64,000 nt of DNA, from positions 44,324 through 108,323 of the forward strand of contig CAZQLH010000002.1 of the NCBI GenBank assembly GCA_964594155.1. Reading direction: 5' to 3'. The DNA comes from an uncultured Candidatus Saccharibacteria bacterium (GTDB lineage: Bacteria; Patescibacteriota; Minisyncoccia; Portnoybacterales; UBA2143). Below, one piece after another: positions 39,630 through 48,169 of the stretch; the first letter of the stretch is position 1; each line of letters starts with the position of its first letter. The position numbers and the translations under genes are program-made. The notes below the pieces were generated by a model that made no database searches, was not told the origin of the DNA, and worked only from the letters and a program-made list of their open reading frames with translations.

Positions 39630-40796
39630 TTAACGGATACTTTTATAACCCATTTGTGAATCTATTTTAGAAAACACTATCTGCCATAAATAATTCTTAT
39701 GCGCTCTAAAAGCTCCTGCACAAGCTAAAAGATAATAATTCCACATCCTCTTAAATCGTTCATCATAATGAAATTTGATTTTATTCCAGTTTTTATTAAA
39801 ATTCTCATGCCAAGCCATTAAAGTTTTATCATAATCTGTTCCAAAATTATGCCAATCTTTAAGCTTGAATATATTTTTATATGCCTTAGTGATTTGACTT
39901 ATTGAAGGATTCATTCCATTTGGAAATATATATTTATCAATCCAAGGGTCTACGCGATTAACTGACTTATTTTTTCCAATGGTATGTAATAGGAATAGAC
40001 CATCATCTTTTAAGCATTTGTTAACAACTTTGAAGAATTTCCTGTAATTTTTATAACCAACATGCTCAAACATGCCTACTGAAACAACACGATCAAACTT
40101 TCCCTTAAGATCCCTGTAATCCAGTAACTTTATTTCAACATCAAGGCCCTGACAAAATTCCTTGGCTAATCTTACTTGTTCTTTAGAAATGGTAATGCCT
40201 ACTACTTTAGCTTGATATTCCTCTGCGGCAAATTTTGCCAGACTTCCCCAACCACAGCCAATATCTAAAAGAGTCATGCCTGGTTTTAACTTTAATTTTT
40301 TGCAAATCAGATCTAATTTAGCCTCTTGGGCTTGATCTAAAGTTTTTGCATTCTTCCAATAACCACAACTATAATTCATTCTTTTATCAAGTATATTCTT
40401 ATAAAAATCATTACCTATATCATAATGCCATTCTCCAATTTTGTACGCTTCTGACTTTTTTTGCTGATTTATTACTTTGGTTTTAATAATATTCCAAATA
40501 AAACGCTTTAAGTTTTTAATTTTCTCATCCAATCTTGCTCTAATAGATCTGTCAATTAACTGATCAAGCGCTTTGCATTCCCACCATCCATCCATATATG
40601 ATTCTCCTAAAGCAAGCGATCCTCCAGCTAAAACCCTTGAATAAAAACCTTGGTTATTTACTTGAATATCCCAGGGTCTTTTCCCATTGATCTTAATATC
40701 TGCTTGATTAAGAAAATCTTGCATTGTTTGTTTTGTGTTTTTCATTTTCATATTAATAATTACTGATATCGTATATAAAAAATTGACCAGAGTCAA
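39630..40796 (-). CDS. cfa: Cyclopropane-fatty-acyl-phospholipid synthase (true start probably about 45-50 nt downstream)
   Basis: LGESYMDGWW, HYDIGN, YSCGYW, LDIGCGWG, SVGMFEHVG. Confidence 0.93.
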   Translation of the reverse strand: MTLVNFLYTISVIINMKMKNTKQTMQDFLNQADIKINGKRPWDIQVNNQGFYSRVLAGGSLALGESYMDGWWECKALDQLIDRSIRARLDEKIKNLKRFIWNIIKTKVINQQKKSEAYKIGEWHYDIGNDFYKNILDKRMNYSCGYWKNAKTLDQAQEAKLDLICKKLKLKPGMTLLDIGCGWGSLAKFAAEEYQAKVVGITISKEQVRLAKEFCQGLDVEIKLLDYRDLKGKFDRVVSVGMFEHVGYKNYRKFFKVVNKCLKDDGLFLLHTIGKNKSVNRVDPWIDKYIFPNGMNPSISQITKAYKNIFKLKDWHNFGTDYDKTLMAWHENFNKNWNKIKFHYDERFKRMWNYYLLACAGAFRAHKNYLWQIVFSKIDSQMGYKSIR

Positions 40797-40822
40797 TAAA
40801 AATGGTAATTTAAGCAGTATAG

Positions 40823-40908
40823 GGAGAGGTTCGAGAGTGGTTTAATCGGACGGTTTCGAAAACCGTTGTTGTTTTTGACAACCGTGGGTTCGAATCCCAC
40901 CCTCTCCG
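40823..40908 (+). tRNA. tRNA-Ser(CGA)
   Basis: GGAGAGG/CCTCTCC, ACGGT-TTCGAAA-ACCGT. Confidence 0.94.
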
Positions 40909-40909
40909 C

Positions 40910-41461
40910 ATGAGTAAAAAAACAAACAAAAATATTGAAGTTGAAACTAGAGACTTTATTTCTAAATCTCAATATTATTCCTTAATAAAATTTTTAAAAA
41001 ACAAAGGAAAGTTTTTAGGACAAGATAAACAAATCACCTACTATTTCTCTGGCAAAAATGATTTAAGAATACAAAAGAATAATAAATTTGCTAAGCTTTG
41101 GTTAAAAATAGGTTGTAATATTTATGACGATCACCGAGAAGAAATAGAAATCAAATTTGATAGAAATGATTTTGACAGATTAGAAGAACTGCTTATTAAG
41201 CTTGGATATAAAGTAGAAATAAAGTGGTTTCGGACCAGAAATCGCTTTCAATGGAAAGGAACTAAAGTAACTGTAGATTCTACTAAAGGTTATGACTATA
41301 TTATTGAATTAGAAAGAATTTCAGATAAAAAGAATAAAGAAAAAGTTTATCAAAAATTACTCCAACAACTTAACCAACTTAAAGTAGAATTAACGCCTAA
41401 AAAAGAATTTGAAAGGAAGTATAAGTATTATAAAAAGAATTGGCCAAGGCTAATTAAATAA
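40910..41461 (+). CDS. CYTH domain protein
   Basis: IEVETR, LRI, REEIE, IELE motifs. Confidence 0.8.
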   Translation: MSKKTNKNIEVETRDFISKSQYYSLIKFLKNKGKFLGQDKQITYYFSGKNDLRIQKNNKFAKLWLKIGCNIYDDHREEIEIKFDRNDFDRLEELLIKLGYKVEIKWFRTRNRFQWKGTKVTVDSTKGYDYIIELERISDKKNKEKVYQKLLQQLNQLKVELTPKKEFERKYKYYKKNWPRLIK

Positions 41462-41466
41462 TCATT

Positions 41467-41958
41467 ATGACTAATTTTTTAATCAACAATCAAATTACAT
41501 TCCTCTTTATAGCAACCATAGTTGTTTTAATCATTTGGAATATTACTCTTTCGTATAATCTCTGGCAAATCAGAAAAAAACTTAAAACATTTTTTAATGG
41601 AAAAAAAGCTTCTGATTTAGAAGGAGTTCTTTTTGAAGAAATCAGAAGATTAAAAAAAGCAGAAGATAGTATTAAAAAATTATTAGAATTTTCAAAAGAA
41701 TTAGAAAAAACAACTAAAAAAAGCGTTCAAAAAGTCAGTGTTATTAGATTTAATCCTTTTAAAGAAACTGGCGGCGATCAAAGCTTTGTTATTGCCCTGC
41801 TTGATAGTCAAGATAATGGACTCGTTATTTCCAGCTTATACACCCGCGAAGGAACCAGAATCTACAGCAAACCAATTGAAAATGGCCAATCAAAATACCC
41901 TTTGTCTAAAGAAGAATTAGAGGCCTTAAAAAAAGCAGGGATCAAAGCTGAAAAATAA
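41467..41958 (+). CDS. DUF4446-family membrane-anchored protein
   Basis: RFNPFKETGGDQSF.IALLD..NG.VISSL..R..RIY.K...LSKEE. Confidence 0.85.
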   Translation: MTNFLINNQITFLFIATIVVLIIWNITLSYNLWQIRKKLKTFFNGKKASDLEGVLFEEIRRLKKAEDSIKKLLEFSKELEKTTKKSVQKVSVIRFNPFKETGGDQSFVIALLDSQDNGLVISSLYTREGTRIYSKPIENGQSKYPLSKEELEALKKAGIKAEK

Positions 41959-41983
41959 TCTTATATAATTACATATCGCATAT

Positions 41984-42011
41984 AAAAAAACCGGCTATCA
42001 TAAGCCGGTTA
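41984..42011. terminator. Hairpin/terminator at the distal end of the cassette array
   Basis: AACCGGCT-ATCATA-AGCCGGTT with an A7 tract (U-tract on the - strand). Confidence 0.65.
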
Positions 42012-42020
42012 AATTATTTC

Positions 42021-42215
42021 ACTTAACGTTTACGTGTATCTGATGTTTCTTGCCGGATTCATCAGTATTTGCGTACATTTTAGCACATTCGTCGACTGTT
42101 TGAATAAGCTTTGGTTGTACGCTATTCGGAGGCAAGAAATATGGGCGGAGCAAAAGGACATTCCATTAATTTACATTTGAGTCCTTTTTGTGTAGCCAGA
42201 TATGCGTTGTTATAC
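42021..42215 (-). repeat. attC-like site of cassette 4 (195 bp, branched)
   Basis: + strand TAAC-GTTT-ACGTGTATCTG...CAGATATGCGT-T-GTTA with inner stems TGTTTCTTGCC/GGCAAGAAATA and AAAAGGAC/GTCCTTTT. Confidence 0.8.
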
Positions 42216-42291
42216 TTGCTGTTTTTTGGAGGCAAATTCCCACCCAAACGTCATAAAAATTTTCTGATTTTACACATAGACCTCTTAGCAA

Positions 42292-43116
42292 TTATTTTTT
42301 AGCTGATATCAAGTAATGTTTTCTAGGGTAATAATCATCGTTTCCGATTGCTCTGCTATTATACTCCTTTTCTAGTTTTTCGATCTCTTGTATTAGTCCA
42401 TTCTGTAAATCCGAATTGTTTAAATTTTTGATTCTTCCTTTCGCCCATTCTAAACGTTGCCTAAATTCAATATCTATTTCCTCTTTACTTTCAAAAAATT
42501 GAGTATCATTAATTTGTAGCCCTGAATTTTTTATCAATGGAATGATCCAATCTGACGGATACTCAAAAGTTCTGATAGTTGGAAGAAAGAGAGTCAACGA
42601 TTTCGCGATCATCATATACAAATTTACTATCTCCGTCAGATCTCTAGGATTTCTTTTAGAAAGTTCAGGATCACCCTCAATTTTATCCATAGAAATATAA
42701 TCGAATTTAGGCTCATATCCCCAATAAGCTTCTCTGTCTATAAATATGACTTCACCACCTTTTTTCAAAAATTTAAACAATGCCTTGAAAGTATCGGAAA
42801 GCCTTGAAGGAGTAATCTCTCCAATAAGATAATCAGCTAAAATTAAGTCAAAAGTTGAATCACTAAAGGTAGAACTTTTTGAAATATCACCATATTTTAA
42901 AGTGTAGTTTTCATAACTCTTGTTGATTAGCTCTTGATTTGCTTGTTCACCCTTCCTTAGATCTCCTTCATATGCGAGCAATGTCAAATGCTCTGGATTC
43001 CTTTGAGCGAGAAACCATGCACTAGTTCTACCTGTTCCAGCGTCTAAAACAGATTTACCATCAAGAGATTTTCCTTTAAAATAGTTTTCTATATATTGAA
43101 ACTTTTGACTGATCAT
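42292..43116 (-). CDS. Class I SAM-dependent methyltransferase (cassette 4)
   Basis: VLDAGTG, FDLILADY, LKKGG. Confidence 0.82.
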   Translation of the reverse strand: MISQKFQYIENYFKGKSLDGKSVLDAGTGRTSAWFLAQRNPEHLTLLAYEGDLRKGEQANQELINKSYENYTLKYGDISKSSTFSDSTFDLILADYLIGEITPSRLSDTFKALFKFLKKGGEVIFIDREAYWGYEPKFDYISMDKIEGDPELSKRNPRDLTEIVNLYMMIAKSLTLFLPTIRTFEYPSDWIIPLIKNSGLQINDTQFFESKEEIDIEFRQRLEWAKGRIKNLNNSDLQNGLIQEIEKLEKEYNSRAIGNDDYYPRKHYLISAKK

Positions 43117-43184
43117 AATTTTAAAAATAGTTGCTAAGAAAACTTTTCCACCATACCTTCATGAATTTGCCTCCAAAAAATGGC

Positions 43185-43262
43185 GTATAACGTTTCTGGA
43201 TATGCGATGTTGCGATAGCAATATGGGTGAAGCGAAGCGGAACCGCATATCCAGTGTTATGT
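43185..43262 (-). repeat. attC-like site of cassette 3
   Basis: TAAC-GTTT-CTGGATATGCG...CGCATATCCAG-T-GTTA. Confidence 0.85.
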
Positions 43263-43320
43263 GATGTAGTGAAAAACATTCCTTAGTTATTTATAATTTT
43301 TAGTAATTTACATCCTTGTT

Positions 43321-44748
43321 TTAATAGCTTTTAGCAAAATACCAGTCATGTTTTGCCTCTTTTCCTGTTATAAAACATTTACTATTTTTAGGATTACTGT
43401 CTTCAAAATGTTTTGGTAAAACTCTTGATACCATAGAAAATTTTTCTTTCAATAATTTTTCTGATTCTACACTTTCACACCAGCTTGCTTCAAAAAAGCC
43501 AACTTGATCTTTAATATCATGTATACTTTCAATCCTGTGTATATGATACGTTGCAAATTCCTGAGCTTGCTGAAATAAGTTATTTTGAATGCTTTCAAAT
43601 AGTTGGGGTATAATAGAATCTAATTTTGCTAAATGTATTTTTTCTTTTGAATTTGTATCTCTTCTAAAAATTGTTAATTCGGATGAGTCTAGTTCTTTTT
43701 CACCAATTTCAATCCTAATAGGGACACCTTTTACTTCCCAATAATTAAACTTAAAACCAGGAGTCAATTTTTCTCTAATATCAATTTTTGTTCTATAGTC
43801 AGAAAGTTTTGATTCTATTTCTTTTGCAAATCCGATTATTTTATTTTTATTATTCTCTTTGAAAATTGGAGTAATTACAATTTGGATAGGGGCAATGTTC
43901 GGTGGCAAACGAAGTCCTGAATTATCACCATGAGTCATAATAACCGCACCTATTGACCTCCAGCTGAATCCCCAGGAGTTTTGATGGCAAAAATGTTGCT
44001 TTCCATCTTCACCAAGATATTTAACATCAAAAACTTTAGAAAAATTTGTTCCCAAGTAATGACTTGTGGCACCTTGAATTGCCTTACCATCTTTAACCAT
44101 AATTTCTGTTGTTTTTGTTGTGACCGCACCTGCAAATTTTTCCGCTTCAGACTTTTTTCCTGCAATTACAGGTATTGCCATGAATTCATAAATATCTTTG
44201 TAGATATTTAACATTTGATCCACTTCGTTCCTGGCATCTTCTTCGTTTGCAAAAACAGTATGTCCCTCTTGCCATAAAAACTCACTCCACCTTAAAAATG
44301 GTCTTGGACGTTTTTCCCATCTGACAACATTGTTCCATTGATTTAAACGAAGTGGTAAATCTTGATAGCTTTGTATCCATTTAGAATATGTTTTATACAT
44401 TGCTGTTTCGCTGGTTGGTCTAATAACTAGCTTATTCACTAATTCTTCACCACCTCCATGAGTTACAACTGCTAATTCAGGAGAAAATCCCTCAATATGC
44501 TCTTTCTCTGCTTCCAAATTTTCAATAGGTACAAAAATTGGAAAATAAACATTTTCTACTCCAGTAGCTTCAATTCTTTTGGATAACTCACTTTTAATTA
44601 GTTCCCAAATTTTGTATCCGTATGGTTTAACTATTCCGCAACCTCTAACTTCGGAAGTTTCTGCAAGGTCAGCTTCACGAACTACATCATGATACCATTG
44701 AGAAAAATTTTCTTCTTGCTTGGTGATTTGTTTTTTATCGAATTTCAT
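43321..44748 (-). CDS. proS: Proline--tRNA ligase, archaeal/eukaryotic type (cassette 3)
   Basis: FSQWY, RPTSET, QWNNVVRWE..PFLR..EFLWQEGH, QGATSHYLG, C-terminal FAKSY. Confidence 0.95.
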   Translation of the reverse strand: MKFDKKQITKQEENFSQWYHDVVREADLAETSEVRGCGIVKPYGYKIWELIKSELSKRIEATGVENVYFPIFVPIENLEAEKEHIEGFSPELAVVTHGGGEELVNKLVIRPTSETAMYKTYSKWIQSYQDLPLRLNQWNNVVRWEKRPRPFLRWSEFLWQEGHTVFANEEDARNEVDQMLNIYKDIYEFMAIPVIAGKKSEAEKFAGAVTTKTTEIMVKDGKAIQGATSHYLGTNFSKVFDVKYLGEDGKQHFCHQNSWGFSWRSIGAVIMTHGDNSGLRLPPNIAPIQIVITPIFKENNKNKIIGFAKEIESKLSDYRTKIDIREKLTPGFKFNYWEVKGVPIRIEIGEKELDSSELTIFRRDTNSKEKIHLAKLDSIIPQLFESIQNNLFQQAQEFATYHIHRIESIHDIKDQVGFFEASWCESVESEKLLKEKFSMVSRVLPKHFEDSNPKNSKCFITGKEAKHDWYFAKSY

Positions 44749-44801
44749 AATTAAAGAGTAAATTACTGAAAATTATTTTAAAAAGAGTTTTTCACTATTT
44801 C

Positions 44802-44857
44802 ACATAATGTTTGCGGCTATGCGTCTGTACTTGTATGACGTATAGCCGCTGTTAGCT
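44802..44857 (-). repeat. attC-like site of cassette 2 (56 bp, simple hairpin)
   Basis: TAAT-GTTT-GCGGCTATGCGTC...GACGTATAGCCGC-T-GTTA. Confidence 0.85.
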
Positions 44858-44870
44858 GATGTAATTAAAT

Positions 44871-45695
44871 TCAATTCAAACTTGTAACGTAATTTCTAAA
44901 AATTCCCATTATTTTTTTAGTATTTGGTCCGACACTACCATTTCCTACACGTTTACCATCAATGTTGACTACGGGGATTATTTCTTTGTTGGTTGCAGTA
45001 ATAAAAGCCTCAGAAATTCCTTTTAGCTCCTCAACGCTCAAATCTCTTTCCTCGATGTCAAAATGTTTTTTTGAAAGTTTAATAACTAAGTTTCTTGTCG
45101 TACCGAATAAGATATTCTGTTGGGGCGTGATTAGCTTATTGTTTTTGATAACGAAAAAATTGCTTGTTGTTGCTTCTAGAACACATCCCTCATAAGTATA
45201 CAATATTTCGAAAGCGTTTTTTTGTTTTTGTAAACCTTTTAGAGTTAACGCGGTTAAATAATTTGTTGTTTTAGCTCGCGGAAAATCCCTTTTATAATTA
45301 TGTGTAATAATTTTTATCCCCCTAGAGTAAACATGACCGGGTAGTTTCTCAAGCTTGCTGACTAATATATAAAAAGTAGGAGAGAATTTACCGGTATGTT
45401 TTTCTTCAGACCCACCAGTTAATACAATTCTTATATTTGATTCTTTATACTTATTTTTAGAAAGCAATTTTTTTATTATTTTTTTAATTTCAATATCTGT
45501 TGCCGGAATTTTTAGATTAATTGCCTTGGCGGAATTCTTAAGTCTTACCAAGTGTTCATCAAATAAAAAAACTTTTCCATTGTAGGTTCTCAAAGAATCA
45601 AAAACCCCATAGCTTCTTAATAATCCGAGGTCTGCCAAATTAATCGCAGCTTTATTTTCTGGCAGAAATTTTCCATTTAAATAACAAATTTTCAT
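44871..45695 (-). CDS. Class IV PLP-dependent aminotransferase, D-amino acid/branched-chain type (cassette 2)
   Basis: YLNGKF, SYGVFDSLR, HLVRL, AKTTNY, EATTSNFF, GTTR; start corrected to ATG 45695. Confidence 0.92.
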   Translation of the reverse strand: MKICYLNGKFLPENKAAINLADLGLLRSYGVFDSLRTYNGKVFLFDEHLVRLKNSAKAINLKIPATDIEIKKIIKKLLSKNKYKESNIRIVLTGGSEEKHTGKFSPTFYILVSKLEKLPGHVYSRGIKIITHNYKRDFPRAKTTNYLTALTLKGLQKQKNAFEILYTYEGCVLEATTSNFFVIKNNKLITPQQNILFGTTRNLVIKLSKKHFDIEERDLSVEELKGISEAFITATNKEIIPVVNIDGKRVGNGSVGPNTKKIMGIFRNYVTSLN

Positions 45696-45716
45696 TGAAT
45701 TGAATTTAATTATTTC

Positions 45717-45824
45717 AGCTAACGTTCCGGCATATCTGAAGTTTTTTGTGGAGCGATAGCGGAACAAAAAATTTGGGAGAGCATTTTTCGGAGAAAAGTG
45801 CGAACCAGATATGCCGTGTTATGT
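45717..45824 (-). repeat. attC-like site of cassette 1 (branched)
   Basis: TAAC-GTTC-CGGCATATCTG...CAGATATGCCG-T-GTTA with two inner hairpins. Confidence 0.85.
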
Positions 45825-45898
45825 GATGTACCTGTTTTCCTTCAATCCGTCTTAGCGGATTGCTCTTAAAAAGAAAGAAATGGATTTGATTTTTTCCC

Positions 45899-45949
45899 GT
45901 TTGGGCGAGGGGCAAGAGGGGCTGGGGGTGAATTGCCCCTCGCCCAAAC
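45899..45949 (-). terminator. 17-bp perfect GC-rich hairpin just after the cassette 1 stop codon
   Basis: GTTTGGGCGAGGGGCAA / TTGCCCCTCGCCCAAAC; no clear U-tract. Confidence 0.5.
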
Positions 45950-45955
45950 ACCTTA

Positions 45956-47863
45956 TTATTCTTTTGTTCGGTAATGCTCCTCAATAATTTTGTGTCCGGT
46001 TGCAACGAGTTCATGATATCCATGATTTGCTCTTGGGTCTTCGCTCATATTGTGAACATGGCGATCATCAAAGCCAAGTAAATCACCTTCTTTTTCTGAT
46101 GTGTCGGCTTGCCCGATGTTATGTCTAGTTTGAAATTCGTGAATAGCGGTTGTTGGAGTGCCGTCATAGAAAACAAGATGTTTTGGTTTTTCGTCTGGGT
46201 GTTGTTCAAAATATGTTTCCCAATATTCTTTGGCTGTTATAGTGTTTTCTGCCCTTTTCCAGTTTGCACTGGCAGATAGTAATATGGATCGCGCAGCATC
46301 TTCTTCTGTTTGATCTCCATAACTCCATTTGTTGCCCTTGTACAAATACATGCCTATTTTGTCGTTTGATAAAGTCTCATTTACTACATCTTCTGCCGTT
46401 TCTTCATCGAAGCCGAGTGCAATCATTTCTTCTCTCATAACACTAATAAAATCTCTTAGCATATTCTGTCGTTTTGAATAATCTCTTTCGTCTGAATATG
46501 CTTTGTACGCTTTTATAGACGGTGATTCTTCCGTTAAGCTCGTTGCCCACACAACAAAGGCAGAAACAAGTTTTTCGTCTTCCACCATGACTCTTTTTGC
46601 CTCACCATCGATTGTTTTAATTTCGGAAGCATATTTTGAGCCGGTTTGCGGGTCAACGGGTGTGTTCTCGGGAAGAAAAACTACACCTGCGTCAACTGGA
46701 ATCCCTGGATTGTCTAGTGTTGCAGGCCATACAAAAACATCGTTCCATTTTGTTTCACTTTGCGGTTTTGTGAAGTCCTTTTCCCAGCCATTGAAAGCAT
46801 AGTCATGTTGTGATGCCAGAACGTCAGAGGGGTACAAAAAGAAAACCTCGTTACTTTTTTCACCACCATAATATCCGTCAGCCACTATTTGAGCGGCAAA
46901 ATGGACAGCGGTTTTGTCGGGATAATTTGGAGCAGTTGCAAGTGAATGATTGAGTTGAGCGTTGAGCCGTTTCTTAGCTTCCTCCTCGTCTTCTGCTTGT
47001 AGCGCCCAATCTTCAACAAATTTTTGTATGGATGCTTCATCTCTTGCGAGCAAACCATCTCGGACTGCCATTGGTGGACGAAGCAGTTTTTGATCTCGCA
47101 ATACGCTCGTTAATCCATCGTGAAATTCCTGCAAACCAGCAGAGTGATAGACCATAGCGTTATGATCTCGAAATCCTTGTCGGGTAACATGCGAAAGAAA
47201 ATGCGGATTCAGCCTGCGCCATAGAGCAATGTATTCTTCCGTGCTAAGTTCGGCAAGCACTTCTGGACGAAGTAGTTCTCGTTTTTCTGAGTTCGACAAT
47301 GGCATTGTTTCCATTTTGGCGTAGTACGCTTCAAGCATTTTTTCTGGGTTGGGCAACTCTGCTTGTTTTTGAGCAAGTTTTTCTAATTCATCACGAAGTG
47401 CAAAAGCTTGTGAAGTAAGTTCTTCCATTTCAGCGTCCATTGTTGCGATTTCTGTTTGCATCTCTGCCGCTGATTTGTCCTTGATGCGGAAAAGTTTTTT
47501 GAGTCGTGTGGCAATTGTTTCAAGTCGTTGTTCCAATGCCAAAACTTTTTCAGCTTTGAGTGCGTCCAGTTCTCTAGCTTTTTGTTCTTTTTGTCCGAAC
47601 GATTCTGATTTTCCAGCAATACCTTCACCAACTGTGGCTGCACGTGTTCTCACCTCTGAAATTTCAGCTTCAACAGTTTGACGACCTTCGATGTCGTATT
47701 TTTGAGATATAGCGTGAGGGTCAAGCAAAGTACGTTTAATTTGCTCAATAGTTTGAGCAACAACTTCGGTTGTTTCTTGTGCAGTCTCAGCTTCTGGCGT
47801 GGGTTCGCCAGTAGGTTTTTCGGCGTGAGCTTGTTGTGTGTGTCTTTGTTCTTGGTTATCCAT
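45956..47863 (-). CDS. Hypothetical protein with N-terminal coiled coil and uncharacterised globular domain (cassette 1)
   Basis: 635-aa ORF, visibly more GC-rich than flanking genes. Confidence 0.85.
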   Translation of the reverse strand: MDNQEQRHTQQAHAEKPTGEPTPEAETAQETTEVVAQTIEQIKRTLLDPHAISQKYDIEGRQTVEAEISEVRTRAATVGEGIAGKSESFGQKEQKARELDALKAEKVLALEQRLETIATRLKKLFRIKDKSAAEMQTEIATMDAEMEELTSQAFALRDELEKLAQKQAELPNPEKMLEAYYAKMETMPLSNSEKRELLRPEVLAELSTEEYIALWRRLNPHFLSHVTRQGFRDHNAMVYHSAGLQEFHDGLTSVLRDQKLLRPPMAVRDGLLARDEASIQKFVEDWALQAEDEEEAKKRLNAQLNHSLATAPNYPDKTAVHFAAQIVADGYYGGEKSNEVFFLYPSDVLASQHDYAFNGWEKDFTKPQSETKWNDVFVWPATLDNPGIPVDAGVVFLPENTPVDPQTGSKYASEIKTIDGEAKRVMVEDEKLVSAFVVWATSLTEESPSIKAYKAYSDERDYSKRQNMLRDFISVMREEMIALGFDEETAEDVVNETLSNDKIGMYLYKGNKWSYGDQTEEDAARSILLSASANWKRAENTITAKEYWETYFEQHPDEKPKHLVFYDGTPTTAIHEFQTRHNIGQADTSEKEGDLLGFDDRHVHNMSEDPRANHGYHELVATGHKIIEEHYRTKE

Positions 47864-47885
47864 AATTTTGAAGTTTAATCTGTTA

Positions 47886-47914
47886 ATTATAGCTTAGATT
47901 AAGGCTAATATCAA
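47886..47914 (-). promoter_or_regulatory. Cassette-internal sigma70-type promoter
   Basis: TTGATA-17 bp-TATAAT on the - strand, 22 nt before ATG 47863. Confidence 0.6.
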
Positions 47915-48047
47915 TCAAAAAACGTTTTCGTAGCGACCAGCGGGAGCGGAGAAAACACCTTATTCCCCCCTCTATAAAAAATAAAAAATCAAATCCATTT
48001 TCTTTTAAAAGCTTGGGCAATAGCCCAAAAAGGAAAACATGTATTTC

Positions 48048-48129
48048 ACATAACTCGTTTATATACAATCTTTTTATATATAATTATTATTATTTGTATA
48101 TTATATACAATTTATGATATAATCTACAA
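48048..48129 (-). promoter_or_regulatory. attI-like site with overlapping divergent promoters
   Basis: Core G|TTATGTG (- strand, 48054) with no hairpin partner; TTATATACAAT direct repeats at 48059-48069 and 48101-48111; TGnTATAAT (+, 48115-48123) and TTGTAG-18-TATAAT (-, 48129-48100). Confidence 0.65.
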
Positions 48130-48169
48130 ATAATAACTTCATTAATATTTTAACAAAATACATTTATTT

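Noticed and set aside
42021-45824. Repeated hairpin sites read as CRISPR repeats or plain terminators
   Set aside because: They are separated by whole genes, vary from 56 to 195 bp, lack U-tracts, and no cas genes are present
42111-48068. ORFs 42111-42302, 45715-46023, 47883-48068 and the N-terminal extension 45696-45767
   Set aside because: They run through attC-like sites and terminal repeats, with no protein motifs
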